Source: Spirochaetia bacterium
GTDB lineage: Bacteria; Spirochaetota; Spirochaetia; CADAEX01
Assembly: GCA_963662795.1 (NCBI GenBank)
Contig: OY759746.1
Location: forward strand, 2,848,001 to 2,912,000
DNA: 64,000 nucleotides
Reading direction: 5' to 3'
In this document: positions 48,883-58,485 of the stretch, piece after piece
How the letters are laid out: every line of letters starts with the position of its first letter
How positions within the stretch are numbered: position 1 is the stretch's first letter
The notes under the pieces: model-generated
Databases searched by the model: none
What the model was told of the DNA's origin: nothing
Seen by the model: the letters and a program-made list of their open reading frames with translations, nothing else
Program-made: the position numbers and the translations under genes

Positions 48883-50034
48883 ATGAAAAAATATTTCGTT
48901 CTTGCACTTGCTCTAATTGCTTTCGCAGTTGCTCCTGTAATGGCTGAAGTTGCTATTTCCGGTGAATACGATTTTTCAGCAGCATGGAATACTGGCGATC
49001 AGGAGTATGCTTCTAAGACAGACAAGATGGAATTTGATGTAAAGGCTGTTATGGATGACTACAACACTTTCAAGTTCGAATTGGAAGAAGGCGGTCTGGA
49101 TTTAGCTGAAGGTAAAAATTCTATTCTTGATGAACCGCTTACACTTAACTATGCTCATGTTATTACAGACTGGGGCAAATATTTCGGAACAGCAGACAAG
49201 GGTTTCGGAATTGTATCAAGTGTTGGTCTTTACAACTACGGATATTCAGAAACTGTAGATTTTACAGGCTATGAACTTGAATATTCAGATGCTGCATACC
49301 TCACAAAAAATGATGCAATGAGACTTGATTTCGACATCATGGGTATTGTAAAACCTTATTTTGCTATGAATTTTGACACATACTCAGATAATGGTACTAG
49401 CTGGCTGATTGGATCAACAGTTGATTACGCACCAGTATTTGTAGAAGTATATTACATGTCAGATGGCGATTTTACAGATGTTGACGGCAAAGAAGTTCTT
49501 AACAGCATGTTCGGCCTTGAAGCTATGTATACCGGCGAAGTTGCTGACGGTGTTGAACTTACAGCAGGTGGTTATTTCAGAATGACAAAAAGCTATGCTG
49601 AAATTGATGAAGACGCAATGCTTGACGAATCATGGTCAAAGTACGGCGTAGCTGCTGGAGTAAGCGCATACGGCGCGACAGTTAACCTTGGCCTGAACGG
49701 TTTATTCCTTGGTTCAGACGCTGCTGATGTTATGGACGGAAGCTATGCTCTTGCAAACCTCGGCCTTGACGCAACATACGCTGTTCTTGAATGGCTTGAT
49801 GTAAATGCAGGTATGCTCTTTGCAATGGGCGACTATGCAACAGATTTCACAAATGATGAATCATTCCTCGGAATGGAATTCGGCGTTGCTGTAAAACCTG
49901 GAAAAGGCATTTACAGACTCGGTTATATTTCTATGAACGAAGATGCTCTGGGTGCTTATTCACCTCTTTTTGCTGATGCAACACCTGCATCCATGAAGGG
50001 CGGTATCTACTTCAAAACAGAAGTTAACTACTAA
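48883..50034 (+). CDS. Putative major outer-membrane/outer-sheath beta-barrel protein (porin-like)
   Basis: Signal peptide (VMA-E), alternating amphipathic strands rich in G/Y/F/D, C-terminal YFKTEVNY beta-signal, own promoter and terminator. Confidence 0.75.
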   Translation: MKKYFVLALALIAFAVAPVMAEVAISGEYDFSAAWNTGDQEYASKTDKMEFDVKAVMDDYNTFKFELEEGGLDLAEGKNSILDEPLTLNYAHVITDWGKYFGTADKGFGIVSSVGLYNYGYSETVDFTGYELEYSDAAYLTKNDAMRLDFDIMGIVKPYFAMNFDTYSDNGTSWLIGSTVDYAPVFVEVYYMSDGDFTDVDGKEVLNSMFGLEAMYTGEVADGVELTAGGYFRMTKSYAEIDEDAMLDESWSKYGVAAGVSAYGATVNLGLNGLFLGSDAADVMDGSYALANLGLDATYAVLEWLDVNAGMLFAMGDYATDFTNDESFLGMEFGVAVKPGKGIYRLGYISMNEDALGAYSPLFADATPASMKGGIYFKTEVNY

Positions 50035-50053
50035 GATTGTTTGTTAATTTAAT

Positions 50054-50087
50054 AAAAAGGTTGCATTCTTCGGGTGCAGCCTTTTTT
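50054..50087. terminator. Bidirectional intrinsic terminator
   Basis: AAAAAGGTTGCATTC-TTCG-GGTGCAGCCTTTTTT with a C(UUCG)G tetraloop. Confidence 0.85.
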
Positions 50088-50114
50088 GTTTTTTAAATCT
50101 GAGTAAAACTTAAT

Positions 50115-50759
50115 TTATCTTCTTCTGTTTCTTTTATTCAGTCTGAAATCGTAGTTGAATTTTAACTCTCCGGCCTCAAGGTTGTCCTGGGTTAAAAATG
50201 TGAGAGTAAGTTCTCCATTTCCCTTATCTTTCATTGCTCCCATAAATACAAGGTATCCTTTCGCCTCGCTGTTCCCTTCAATATTTTTTACATCCCCGAG
50301 CATGAACATTTTTGCAATACGCTCCTGTTTAATTCTGTTACTTCCCTTTTCTGTAAGTTCTTCGATCTGCATTTCCATTGCGGATTTTGACATCGGCCTG
50401 TATCTTTTGTCGTTGTAATAAAACTCAACATCCCGGATATCAAGCTTTAAAGGGGCTCCATCATTGTTTAGGATTTTAAGCTCGAAGATAATAGCGTACT
50501 GTGGTGTGAAAATATAGGGAGGGGCTAGAAACGGGTTACCGTCTTTACCGTGCCTTGTTTCAATAGCGGCTCTGTCAAGGTAGCGGCATTCTACTATTAT
50601 TCCGTTATTCTCGCTTCTTTGCAGGGCAGGATTTTCTGCGACATGGTAAACGGCCGAGGACTGGCAGGATACAAGCATCGCAAAACTATAGATAAGAAGT
50701 GCGGCTGTAAGTAACAAATTGACTGTTCTTTTTTTCCCCTCTGAAAAGTATTTATTCAT
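50115..50759 (-). CDS. Hypothetical lipoprotein
   Basis: Lipobox LVSC after a hydrophobic stretch. Confidence 0.75.
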   Translation of the reverse strand: MNKYFSEGKKRTVNLLLTAALLIYSFAMLVSCQSSAVYHVAENPALQRSENNGIIVECRYLDRAAIETRHGKDGNPFLAPPYIFTPQYAIIFELKILNNDGAPLKLDIRDVEFYYNDKRYRPMSKSAMEMQIEELTEKGSNRIKQERIAKMFMLGDVKNIEGNSEAKGYLVFMGAMKDKGNGELTLTFLTQDNLEAGELKFNYDFRLNKRNRRR

Positions 50760-50976
50760 TCATAACCTCTCTTGAATTATTTTTTTAACTTTATATTTAA
50801 TAAACTTTTTTGTCAAAGCGCCTTTTGCAGTGTAAAGAGAAAAAAAAGATAACATCAGGCGGTACATGGATAACAGACACAGGTATTAAAAATAAGCAGT
50901 TTTTTTGCCTTGAATTATGAATCAGGTCGTCTTTTTCTCCGGTTATTTTGAATATAAATAAAAACGGAGGGAAAAG

Positions 50977-51414
50977 ATGAATAATTTAAATTCCATACTT
51001 GTCGAGGGAAATCTGACAAGAGACCCTGTTTATTCTGAAACGACTAAAGGGAAAAGCGTCTGCTCGTTTAATATCGCTACCAACCGGTATTATAAACAGG
51101 AGGAGGAATTCCAGAATGAGGTCTCATACCTCGATGTAGAGACGTGGGCAAGGCTTGCAGACGCATGCAGGGACCATCTTGCGAAAGGAAGAGGCGTGAG
51201 GATTGTCGGCAGGGTAAAGCAGGACAGGTGGGTGGACCAGGAAGGAAAGAATAAATCACGGTTTAAAATCGTTGCCGAGCATGTTGAGTTCAAGCCCTGC
51301 AAAAAAAGCGAAGGAGAAGCAGGAGAGGATGATAGCGCGTTAACTGACGCGGCAGATGCTGAAGAAACTGCCGGAGCGGAAGCGCAGGAAGAGGTCCAGG
51401 CCATAGAAGTATAG
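50977..51414 (+). CDS. ssb: Single-stranded DNA-binding protein (secondary type)
   Basis: NSILVEGNLTRDP, F.IATNR, VETW, KGRGV.IVGR, VAEHVEF. Confidence 0.93.
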   Translation: MNNLNSILVEGNLTRDPVYSETTKGKSVCSFNIATNRYYKQEEEFQNEVSYLDVETWARLADACRDHLAKGRGVRIVGRVKQDRWVDQEGKNKSRFKIVAEHVEFKPCKKSEGEAGEDDSALTDAADAEETAGAEAQEEVQAIEV

Positions 51415-51438
51415 GTTATATTTAAACTGGTTTCATAT

Positions 51439-51486
51439 AACTCCGGTATTTAAACAAATACATAAAAAATACTGGAGTTTTTTTTT
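51439..51486 (+). terminator. Intrinsic terminator after ssb
   Basis: AACTCCGGTATT/AATACTGGAGTT stem followed by a T-run. Confidence 0.65.
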
Positions 51487-51506
51487 ATTTAAAATATAAT
51501 GGGCTG

Positions 51507-52298
51507 ATGGCAAAAAGGATCAGCGAAGAAGAAGCGGAAAAAGCGATAGATAGAATTCGAAGGAAATATAACGATCTTATAGTTATGTATATGCTTGATC
51601 CCCGTCTAAAGAGGGCTTTTGAGCAAAGACTCTTTGAGATCAGACAAGGGGGCTTTGACATGGCAAGGTTTTTGCGTGATGAGATAGAATCCTTGCTTGA
51701 TATTGAAAAAAAAGAACGGGAAAAAATAAATAACGCTGCAAAGAAAAGCAGCGCGGAAAAACAGAAAAAAGCCAGGAAAAATGAGGGGGAGAAAAAGGAT
51801 TTTGCCGACCGTGTTCTTGAGCAGATCATGGCAAAGATAGAAAAGTACCCTGATATCCATATTCACGAGAACGCAAATCCCGAAATAAGAAAACTTATCG
51901 GAACATTGATTGATTTTGATTTAACCAGATGGACATATTTGGAAAAACTTTCAAAAAAATACCGTATCAACAGATATGATCCTGGATTCACCCGCGTTGA
52001 AAAAATGCTTGATAATTTTACAAGAATATACACGGATGATATCCCCGCGCGCATTGCAGGTTACAGGAGCATGCTTTATTCATCCCTTGCAAGGAACAAG
52101 GATATAGGCAAGGAAGAAAAACTTATCATTCTTGAATGCGCCTTTCTGGTTAAATCGCTGAAGGAAATTTTTTCCGCGCTCACATCGAATTCTGAATTGC
52201 TGCCTGATGAAAAAAAGAAACTTATTGACTCAATTGAATACCTTGACCGGATTACAGATGATTTCCGTCTTAAAGATCTTATGACGCTTGCAAAGTGA
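51507..52298 (+). CDS. Hypothetical charged helical protein
   Basis: 263-aa ORF; TATAAT ends 6 nt before the ATG. Confidence 0.75.
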   Translation: MAKRISEEEAEKAIDRIRRKYNDLIVMYMLDPRLKRAFEQRLFEIRQGGFDMARFLRDEIESLLDIEKKEREKINNAAKKSSAEKQKKARKNEGEKKDFADRVLEQIMAKIEKYPDIHIHENANPEIRKLIGTLIDFDLTRWTYLEKLSKKYRINRYDPGFTRVEKMLDNFTRIYTDDIPARIAGYRSMLYSSLARNKDIGKEEKLIILECAFLVKSLKEIFSALTSNSELLPDEKKKLIDSIEYLDRITDDFRLKDLMTLAK

Positions 52299-52339
52299 AA
52301 TGTTCATTTTGAATTTTTATTAAAACCCGGGAATTATTC

Positions 52340-53389
52340 TTAAGGGATATAAACTTCATCGTTATTGACGCTGCCGAATGTAAAACCGCTTGTTGGAACA
52401 ATATGCCAGTCTGTGTTTGTGTTTGAATCATCTGAAGCACTGTTTCTGCAGTTTGATCTTGTGGCTGTAGAGTCTTCAGGGTTAACGCATTCTTCCGGTG
52501 TTATCATCTCACCTGAGAACAGCCATGCCCCGGCCTCTGATATGCAGTCTGCCTTATGCAGCATTACATCAGATCCGAATCCCCTGTATTTTTCATCAGA
52601 AAGCGAGTTCCTGTTGCTGTAGACAGCAGCATCGATAATATTTCCTTCCGGTGCGGCATATACGGTAAGTGCGCCGTTATTGCCTGAAAGGCCGCTTCCT
52701 CCACTTATCCAGAAATCTCTCGCTGAAGGGGAAGCATCAAGCCCTCCGGAAGCGTCAGGTCCGTCCGGCGCGCCTGTTTCTCCTGTCTCATCAATTTCGA
52801 TCGGAAGATTCTGCGGTTTTGTGTGTATTACGACATATTCGCCTTCAGCAATTTCAAAAGAGGGAAAAATAAATTCCAGGTCATGTTCACAGCAGCACCC
52901 TGCGTAAAACACAGCCCCTGCCATATTTCCTGCAGTTTTAATATAAAGTTCCACCATATCAGGGTGGGTTGAGCTTCCGTTTGTTGTGAATTCGTTTATC
53001 AGGATATCAGGAACTCTCGGGTTAAAACCGTAGAAATTTGTGCTGAATGATAGTGTATTACCGTATTTATCTTTTACGCGTCCTTTAATAAAATACTCTA
53101 AACCGGGGATTTGCTCTTCAGACAGATAAATAATGATTGATGTTCCATTTGCTTCTGCAGAAATATTTCCCGGTGCTGGTTTTATTTCAAAATCTTTCTC
53201 CGGTTCCGGCGAAACAATTTCTTTTGAGAAATGGAATTCCACTCTTCTGCTTTCAATATTTGAAAAACCGATTATTTTAGGGGGAAGAATGTTGTCAGGC
53301 AGATCAGGATTCAGTATCTCAACCGGGGCGCATGACAAATGAATAATAGTTAGAAACCCGGCCGCGACTGAAAAAATCGGTCTATACAT
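52340..53389 (-). CDS. Lipoprotein with Ig-like and lamin-tail-like domains
   Basis: Lipobox HLSC; VEFHFSKEI..VKDKYGN Ig-like segment; ILINEF..DMVELY..GEYVVIH LTD-like segment. Confidence 0.7.
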   Translation of the reverse strand: MYRPIFSVAAGFLTIIHLSCAPVEILNPDLPDNILPPKIIGFSNIESRRVEFHFSKEIVSPEPEKDFEIKPAPGNISAEANGTSIIIYLSEEQIPGLEYFIKGRVKDKYGNTLSFSTNFYGFNPRVPDILINEFTTNGSSTHPDMVELYIKTAGNMAGAVFYAGCCCEHDLEFIFPSFEIAEGEYVVIHTKPQNLPIEIDETGETGAPDGPDASGGLDASPSARDFWISGGSGLSGNNGALTVYAAPEGNIIDAAVYSNRNSLSDEKYRGFGSDVMLHKADCISEAGAWLFSGEMITPEECVNPEDSTATRSNCRNSASDDSNTNTDWHIVPTSGFTFGSVNNDEVYIP

Positions 53390-53466
53390 ACTTTCCTCCT
53401 GACGATATATATATTAACATTGTTAATATATATTTTGATTCAGTATGATGCCGGAGGTTTTTTAAA

Positions 53467-54069
53467 ATGTCAGATGTTACCCTTTTTAACAAGTTCGGAA
53501 GAGTTGTCGAAAACGGCCAGCTTATATTCAGGGAAGGGGAAGAGGGCGACCAGATGTATATTATCCAGGAAGGCGCTGTAAAAATCTCTAAAAGCATTGG
53601 CGGACGGGAACATATGCTTGCAGTACTTAACAAGGGAGATTTTTTCGGGGAAATGGCAATTGTAAGCAGGATGAAAAGGACTGCAAACGCGACAGCTGTA
53701 GGGGAAGTACATCTTCTTGCCTTTAACAGGGAAGGATTTGTCCAGATGGTAGAAAAAAACGCGAAGATAGGGCTCAATATAATTGATAAACTCTGCAGAA
53801 GGCTTGAACAGGCGAATCAGCAGATTAAAATGCTTGTTAAAAAAGATATAAAAAGTCTTATTGCAATGAACCTTTATTATACTCTTCAGGGAGCAGGCGT
53901 AGATACTGATAACCTTTATTATGACCAGATAACAGGGAATATCGCAAAGAATATGGAACTGCCTGTGAAACTGGTACAGGAAAAATTCGATGATTTCCAG
54001 AATGAAAAGATTATATCAATAGCAGGAAATAAAATAACAATAAACAATATAGATAAATTGAAGGAATAG
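53467..54069 (+). CDS. Crp/Fnr-family cNMP-binding regulator
   Basis: IFREGEEGDQMYII.EG.V, GDFFGEMA, RTANATA; short winged-helix C-terminus. Confidence 0.9.
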   Translation: MSDVTLFNKFGRVVENGQLIFREGEEGDQMYIIQEGAVKISKSIGGREHMLAVLNKGDFFGEMAIVSRMKRTANATAVGEVHLLAFNREGFVQMVEKNAKIGLNIIDKLCRRLEQANQQIKMLVKKDIKSLIAMNLYYTLQGAGVDTDNLYYDQITGNIAKNMELPVKLVQEKFDDFQNEKIISIAGNKITINNIDKLKE

Positions 54070-54113
54070 GGTTAGTATACCGTATACCATTATTCGGGAA
54101 GGGGATTTTTATT

Positions 54114-55937
54114 ATGTGCGGAATAGTAGGATACTGCGGAAGCAAACCGGCATCAGATATATTACTTGAAGGATTAAGGCGCCTTGAATACAGAGGCTAT
54201 GATTCTGCGGGAATATGTGTAGGTACTGCTTCAGGGTTTAATGTGATAAAAAAAACAGGCAAGATAAAGGACCTGAAAGCCGCAGTTCCATCTGAGCCTT
54301 TCGGAGCTAACGGAATAGGCCATACCAGATGGGCTACACACGGGGGTGTTACTGATGAAAACGCCCATCCTCATACAGACTGCAGCGGCAGAATTTCCCT
54401 GGTCCATAACGGGATAATTGAAAATTACACAAAATTAAAGGAAATACTTCTTGCAAAAGGGCATGTCTTTAAATCAGAAACAGACACGGAAGTAATTGTT
54501 CATCTGATTGAAGATTTATATGCCGGAGACCTGACTCAGGCTGTACGGGACGCTGTGCAGCGTGTAAAAGGAACTTATGGCATAGTAGTGATGCACGCTG
54601 ACCATCCTGATATGCTGGTCGGCGCCCGAAACGGATCACCTTTGATTATCGGCATAGGTGAAAATGAAATGTTTATCGGGTCTGATGTTACAGCAATGAT
54701 ATCCTATACCAAGCAGGTCGTTTACCTTGAGGATGGCGAGATTGTAACAATCACAAGGGATGCATACCGGATATCAGATCTCAACGACAGAAAAATAAAC
54801 AAGGATGTAAATGAGGTAAACTGGGAATTTGAATCGTTTGAAAAAGGGCTTTATGATCATTTCATGCTCAAGGAAATATATGAACAGAAGGAATCAATAA
54901 CCAGAGGGATGCTGGGCCGGCTCAACCTGGACCAGGCTACAGGGCATCTGGGCGGGCTTAACATGACAAGCAGTGAGCTCCTTAACATTGAACGGATAAT
55001 AATAGTTGCCGCAGGAACATCTTTTCACGCGGGACTTGTCGCAGCGTATCTTCTTGAATCTGTGGCAAGGATTCCCGCAAATGCGGAGCTCGCATCTGAA
55101 TTAAGATACAGAAATCCCATTATTCAGAAAAACGCGCTGTATTTTGTCGTGTCGCAGTCTGGCGAAACAGCAGATACGCTGTATGCCATGAGGGAACTTA
55201 AACGTAAGGGGGCAAAAGTGCTTGGCATATGCAACGTTGTAGGTTCTACAATTGCAAGGGAAACAGACGGCGGAGTCTATATTCACTCAGGGCCTGAAAT
55301 TGCTGTAGCCTCGACAAAGGCATTTACTTCCCAGCTTACAGCTCTTTATATTTTTACATTGCTGATCGCGAGGATGAGGGACATGTCTTTTGAGGCTGGC
55401 AGCGATTTTGTAAAACAGATGCAGACGCTTCCCGACATGATAAAACATACACTTGATAAATCCGGAGAGATTAAAAAACTTGCGGACAAATACAGTTTTG
55501 CGAAAAACTTCCTGTTTCTTGGAAGAGGCATCAACTATCCTGTTGCGCTGGAAGGTGCTTTAAAACTAAAAGAAATATCCTATATACACGCGGAAGGGTT
55601 CAGCGCCGCAGAGATAAAACACGGACCGATTGCCCTGATAAATGAGGAAACGCCGTCCCTTTTTCTTGTCCCTGACGACAGGCTGAGGGAGAAAGTTATT
55701 TCCAATATGAAGGAAGTAAAAGCCAGAAAAGGGCTTGTTATCGCAGTTTGTGTCGAAGGTGATGAGGAAGTCGCAAGGATAGCAGATGACGTAATTACTG
55801 TTCCTCATGCATATGAGTATATGTATCCTTTCGTAATGATCACGCCCCTGCAGCTTTTTGCCTATTACATGGCCTTAAAACTGGGACGGGACGTTGACCA
55901 GCCGAGGAACCTTGCAAAAAGTGTTACGGTTGAATAG
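54114..55937 (+). CDS. glmS: Glutamine--fructose-6-phosphate aminotransferase
   Basis: MCGIVG, EYRGYDSAG, GHTRWATHG, SQSGETADT, PRNLAKSVTVE. Confidence 0.98.
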   Translation: MCGIVGYCGSKPASDILLEGLRRLEYRGYDSAGICVGTASGFNVIKKTGKIKDLKAAVPSEPFGANGIGHTRWATHGGVTDENAHPHTDCSGRISLVHNGIIENYTKLKEILLAKGHVFKSETDTEVIVHLIEDLYAGDLTQAVRDAVQRVKGTYGIVVMHADHPDMLVGARNGSPLIIGIGENEMFIGSDVTAMISYTKQVVYLEDGEIVTITRDAYRISDLNDRKINKDVNEVNWEFESFEKGLYDHFMLKEIYEQKESITRGMLGRLNLDQATGHLGGLNMTSSELLNIERIIIVAAGTSFHAGLVAAYLLESVARIPANAELASELRYRNPIIQKNALYFVVSQSGETADTLYAMRELKRKGAKVLGICNVVGSTIARETDGGVYIHSGPEIAVASTKAFTSQLTALYIFTLLIARMRDMSFEAGSDFVKQMQTLPDMIKHTLDKSGEIKKLADKYSFAKNFLFLGRGINYPVALEGALKLKEISYIHAEGFSAAEIKHGPIALINEETPSLFLVPDDRLREKVISNMKEVKARKGLVIAVCVEGDEEVARIADDVITVPHAYEYMYPFVMITPLQLFAYYMALKLGRDVDQPRNLAKSVTVE

Positions 55938-56433
55938 ATTCAGGAAACTGATAAAATCCGGAATATTTTTTATATTTGCAGCCGCAATTTTTTTGTTTAT
56001 CCCGGAATATTCTCCCGCGCAGCAGAAAACCATTACAGCTTTTCTCGAATCAGGACCGTCCGCTCTTTCAGGTATGCCGGGGTTAGGTGTAAATGTCCTG
56101 AAAGGGTGGAAAGGAATATATCAGCTGCCGGCAGGGTCAGGGACAGCTGAAAAAGTTACAGTATATTTTTCAAAAACCTCAGTTCCGGTTTTTGAGAGCT
56201 GGAGTGAAGTAAAAACAGCATCGAACACTATCTTTAAAGCAGGGCAAAAGAATCTTTTTATATACCGTTATCTGGAAAACTGGACACTGTTTATCGAGTT
56301 TAATAATGATGATATTCCTCCGGGCGCTTTATTTTTTACAGATGCGCTTATACAGCAGATGATTTTTTTTGTAAGGGACGGCAGCAATTTTGTTAATTCT
56401 TCATTTCCAGCTGTTATAGAATATAAACCTTAA
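55930..56433 (+). CDS. Hypothetical exported protein (start uncertain)
   Basis: Signal-like segment IFFIFAAAIFLF..SPA-Q; TTG overlaps the glmS stop. Confidence 0.6.
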   Translation: MNRFRKLIKSGIFFIFAAAIFLFIPEYSPAQQKTITAFLESGPSALSGMPGLGVNVLKGWKGIYQLPAGSGTAEKVTVYFSKTSVPVFESWSEVKTASNTIFKAGQKNLFIYRYLENWTLFIEFNNDDIPPGALFFTDALIQQMIFFVRDGSNFVNSSFPAVIEYKP

Positions 56434-56508
56434 CCGATCTTTTTAATTCATTTTAAAGTTAAGACAGATAAGTGCTTAAAACTCAATAATTTATCCCGAT
56501 AATATAAT

Positions 56509-57630
56509 ATGAAAAAGTTAATTTACCTGATTCTTTTTTTTATCGGTGTATGCTATATCCACCCGCAGGATAAAAACCCTGTGGGAAGCCTTAAAATAAC
56601 TGCCGGAGATATTATTATTGAGGAACAGGCTGACGGGGGATATCATCTCTGGATAAAATCTAATGGCCGGACAGGATCGGTAATGATAACTGAATCGACA
56701 GCAGATCCGGAGAAAAAAAACGCGGTTTATGCGCTGCGCTCCGGTGTCTATAATACCGTTAACGGGGATGAAAAAAGAATTCTTGACGGAAAAGAGCTTG
56801 ATCCGGCAAGAGGGCTTTATTTTCTTATTGATTCCACGCCTGAAAACCATGAAAAACTGGGTCAGGCTTTTCATATTTTTATACCTTATATTACTGAATT
56901 TGGTTATCCCTGGAGCCGCAGCGGAGAAATCTATATAACTTCAGGTACATTTCTGAATATACGCAGCTTCACAAAGCAGTTTGGAGATTACAGCGGCGGT
57001 TTTCTGGATAATCCGTTTGTTCTTGATGTTATCCAGATCCCGGTAACTGTAAAACCGGCCGGCGATTATATGAAAGAAGCTGTAGAAAGTTTTTCCGAAA
57101 TTGCGGACAAGGGAAGCGGAGATATAATCTATTCAAGCGCAGATAACCTGCTTGCTGATATTGGAAAAGTAATCTCTTTATTCGACGCCCCTTCCATAGA
57201 TATTGTTTTTGCCATTGATACAACCGAGAGCATGAAAAATGATATTGATATACTGAAGAAAGGTTTTTTAAAACTGCTTGAAGAAAAACTGGAAGGGCAT
57301 GAAAAGGCAAGGGTAGGAGTTGTTTATTACAAGGATTACGGTGAAGAGTATTTAACAAAAACATTTCCCTTTACAGAGGACATACCGGCTGTCAAGGGGC
57401 TTGTCAACTCTGTAAAAGTGTGGGGAGGAAAGGATCGGCCCGAAGCTGTTTATGAGGCACTTTACGAATGTGTTTACGGCTATTCCTGGGAAGCTGATGA
57501 CAGGGTAGTCATCCTCATCGGTGATGCACCTGCCCATCCGAAGCCTCGCGGAAGTATTACAAAAGAAATGGTATTTGAAAAAGCAGCGGCGGAGAATGTC
57601 AGTCTTTATACAATAATCCTGCCGCCATGA
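56509..57630 (+). CDS. Exported VWA-domain protein
   Basis: Signal peptide; MIDAS DTTESM, GGKDRPEAVYEAL, LIGDAPAH. Confidence 0.88.
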   Translation: MKKLIYLILFFIGVCYIHPQDKNPVGSLKITAGDIIIEEQADGGYHLWIKSNGRTGSVMITESTADPEKKNAVYALRSGVYNTVNGDEKRILDGKELDPARGLYFLIDSTPENHEKLGQAFHIFIPYITEFGYPWSRSGEIYITSGTFLNIRSFTKQFGDYSGGFLDNPFVLDVIQIPVTVKPAGDYMKEAVESFSEIADKGSGDIIYSSADNLLADIGKVISLFDAPSIDIVFAIDTTESMKNDIDILKKGFLKLLEEKLEGHEKARVGVVYYKDYGEEYLTKTFPFTEDIPAVKGLVNSVKVWGGKDRPEAVYEALYECVYGYSWEADDRVVILIGDAPAHPKPRGSITKEMVFEKAAAENVSLYTIILPP

Positions 57631-57697
57631 TGAATCTGCGGCTGAATACAGCTGCAGTGTATAATGTAAGTGAGGCAATTTCTGTTAACGGAAAATA

Positions 57698-58099
57698 TCA
57701 GTATTTGTTCGCTTCTTCCGCTTTTTCAAGTATTTTTTCTGAAAGTATTTTCGGCCATTCAGGATAATATACCCGCTCTTCTGTTTCATATCTGGCAAGG
57801 ATCTCTTTGAATCTTTTTATTGATTCACTGTAATTTTCCTGTTTGTAATGGATAAAAGCAATTTCATATTCAGCTTCAATAACTTTTCCCTTCATGTCCG
57901 GGTATTTTTTGATGAATTCCTGGTAATAAAACAGCGCTGCCTTATAGTTACCCCAGTCAACAACAGCGCTCTGTGCGTTTTTAAAATATTCCTCCGGCTG
58001 GAGATTTTCAGGAATACTTTTCGGTACACCCCTACAGCCTGAAAACAGGAATAATAAAACTGCAGATGTTAGAAGAAGATTGATTGTACGGGTTTTCAT
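57698..58099 (-). CDS. TPR lipoprotein (BamD/YbgF-like repeat)
   Basis: Lipobox FSGC; YQEFIKKYP, AEYEIAFIHYK. Confidence 0.75.
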   Translation of the reverse strand: MKTRTINLLLTSAVLLFLFSGCRGVPKSIPENLQPEEYFKNAQSAVVDWGNYKAALFYYQEFIKKYPDMKGKVIEAEYEIAFIHYKQENYSESIKRFKEILARYETEERVYYPEWPKILSEKILEKAEEANKY

Positions 58100-58117
58100 T
58101 TTTCGCCTTGTTTATGT

Positions 58118-58423
58118 TTATTGATATAGTTCGTCTTTTATCGGGAGTGTGTTTTTGAGTTCCTTGATATATTCCTTAGGATCACCCATCGGCACATAAC
58201 TATCACAGGAGGAAAGACTTCGTCTCGCAACGGTAAAGTATTTGTAAAATTTTTCGCCGCCAAGTTTTTTAACCCATTTTCCGGCAGCACACCTGACTCT
58301 GAGGTAATATTGAGTTCCGCTGCCTTCAAGAGTTCGTACTATTCTGCAGTTGCTGCAGTTTGCACAGTAAATCTTGTCTGTTGAATATTCATCGTCCTGA
58401 CAGAAAGTATTATGATCTTCCAT
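58118..58423 (-). CDS. Small Cys-rich hypothetical protein
   Basis: YCANCSNC..VRC..SCDSY; SD AGGAGG; own TTGACG-18-TATTAT promoter. Confidence 0.8.
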   Translation of the reverse strand: MEDHNTFCQDDEYSTDKIYCANCSNCRIVRTLEGSGTQYYLRVRCAAGKWVKKLGGEKFYKYFTVARRSLSSCDSYVPMGDPKEYIKELKNTLPIKDELYQ

Positions 58424-58485
58424 CAGTACCTCCTTTGTTTAAATGAGATAATACCATGATCGTCTTTTTACCGTCAATAGTTTAG

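Noticed and set aside
54070-54113. glmS ribozyme upstream of glmS
   Set aside because: The spacer is only 44 nt and has no ribozyme core.
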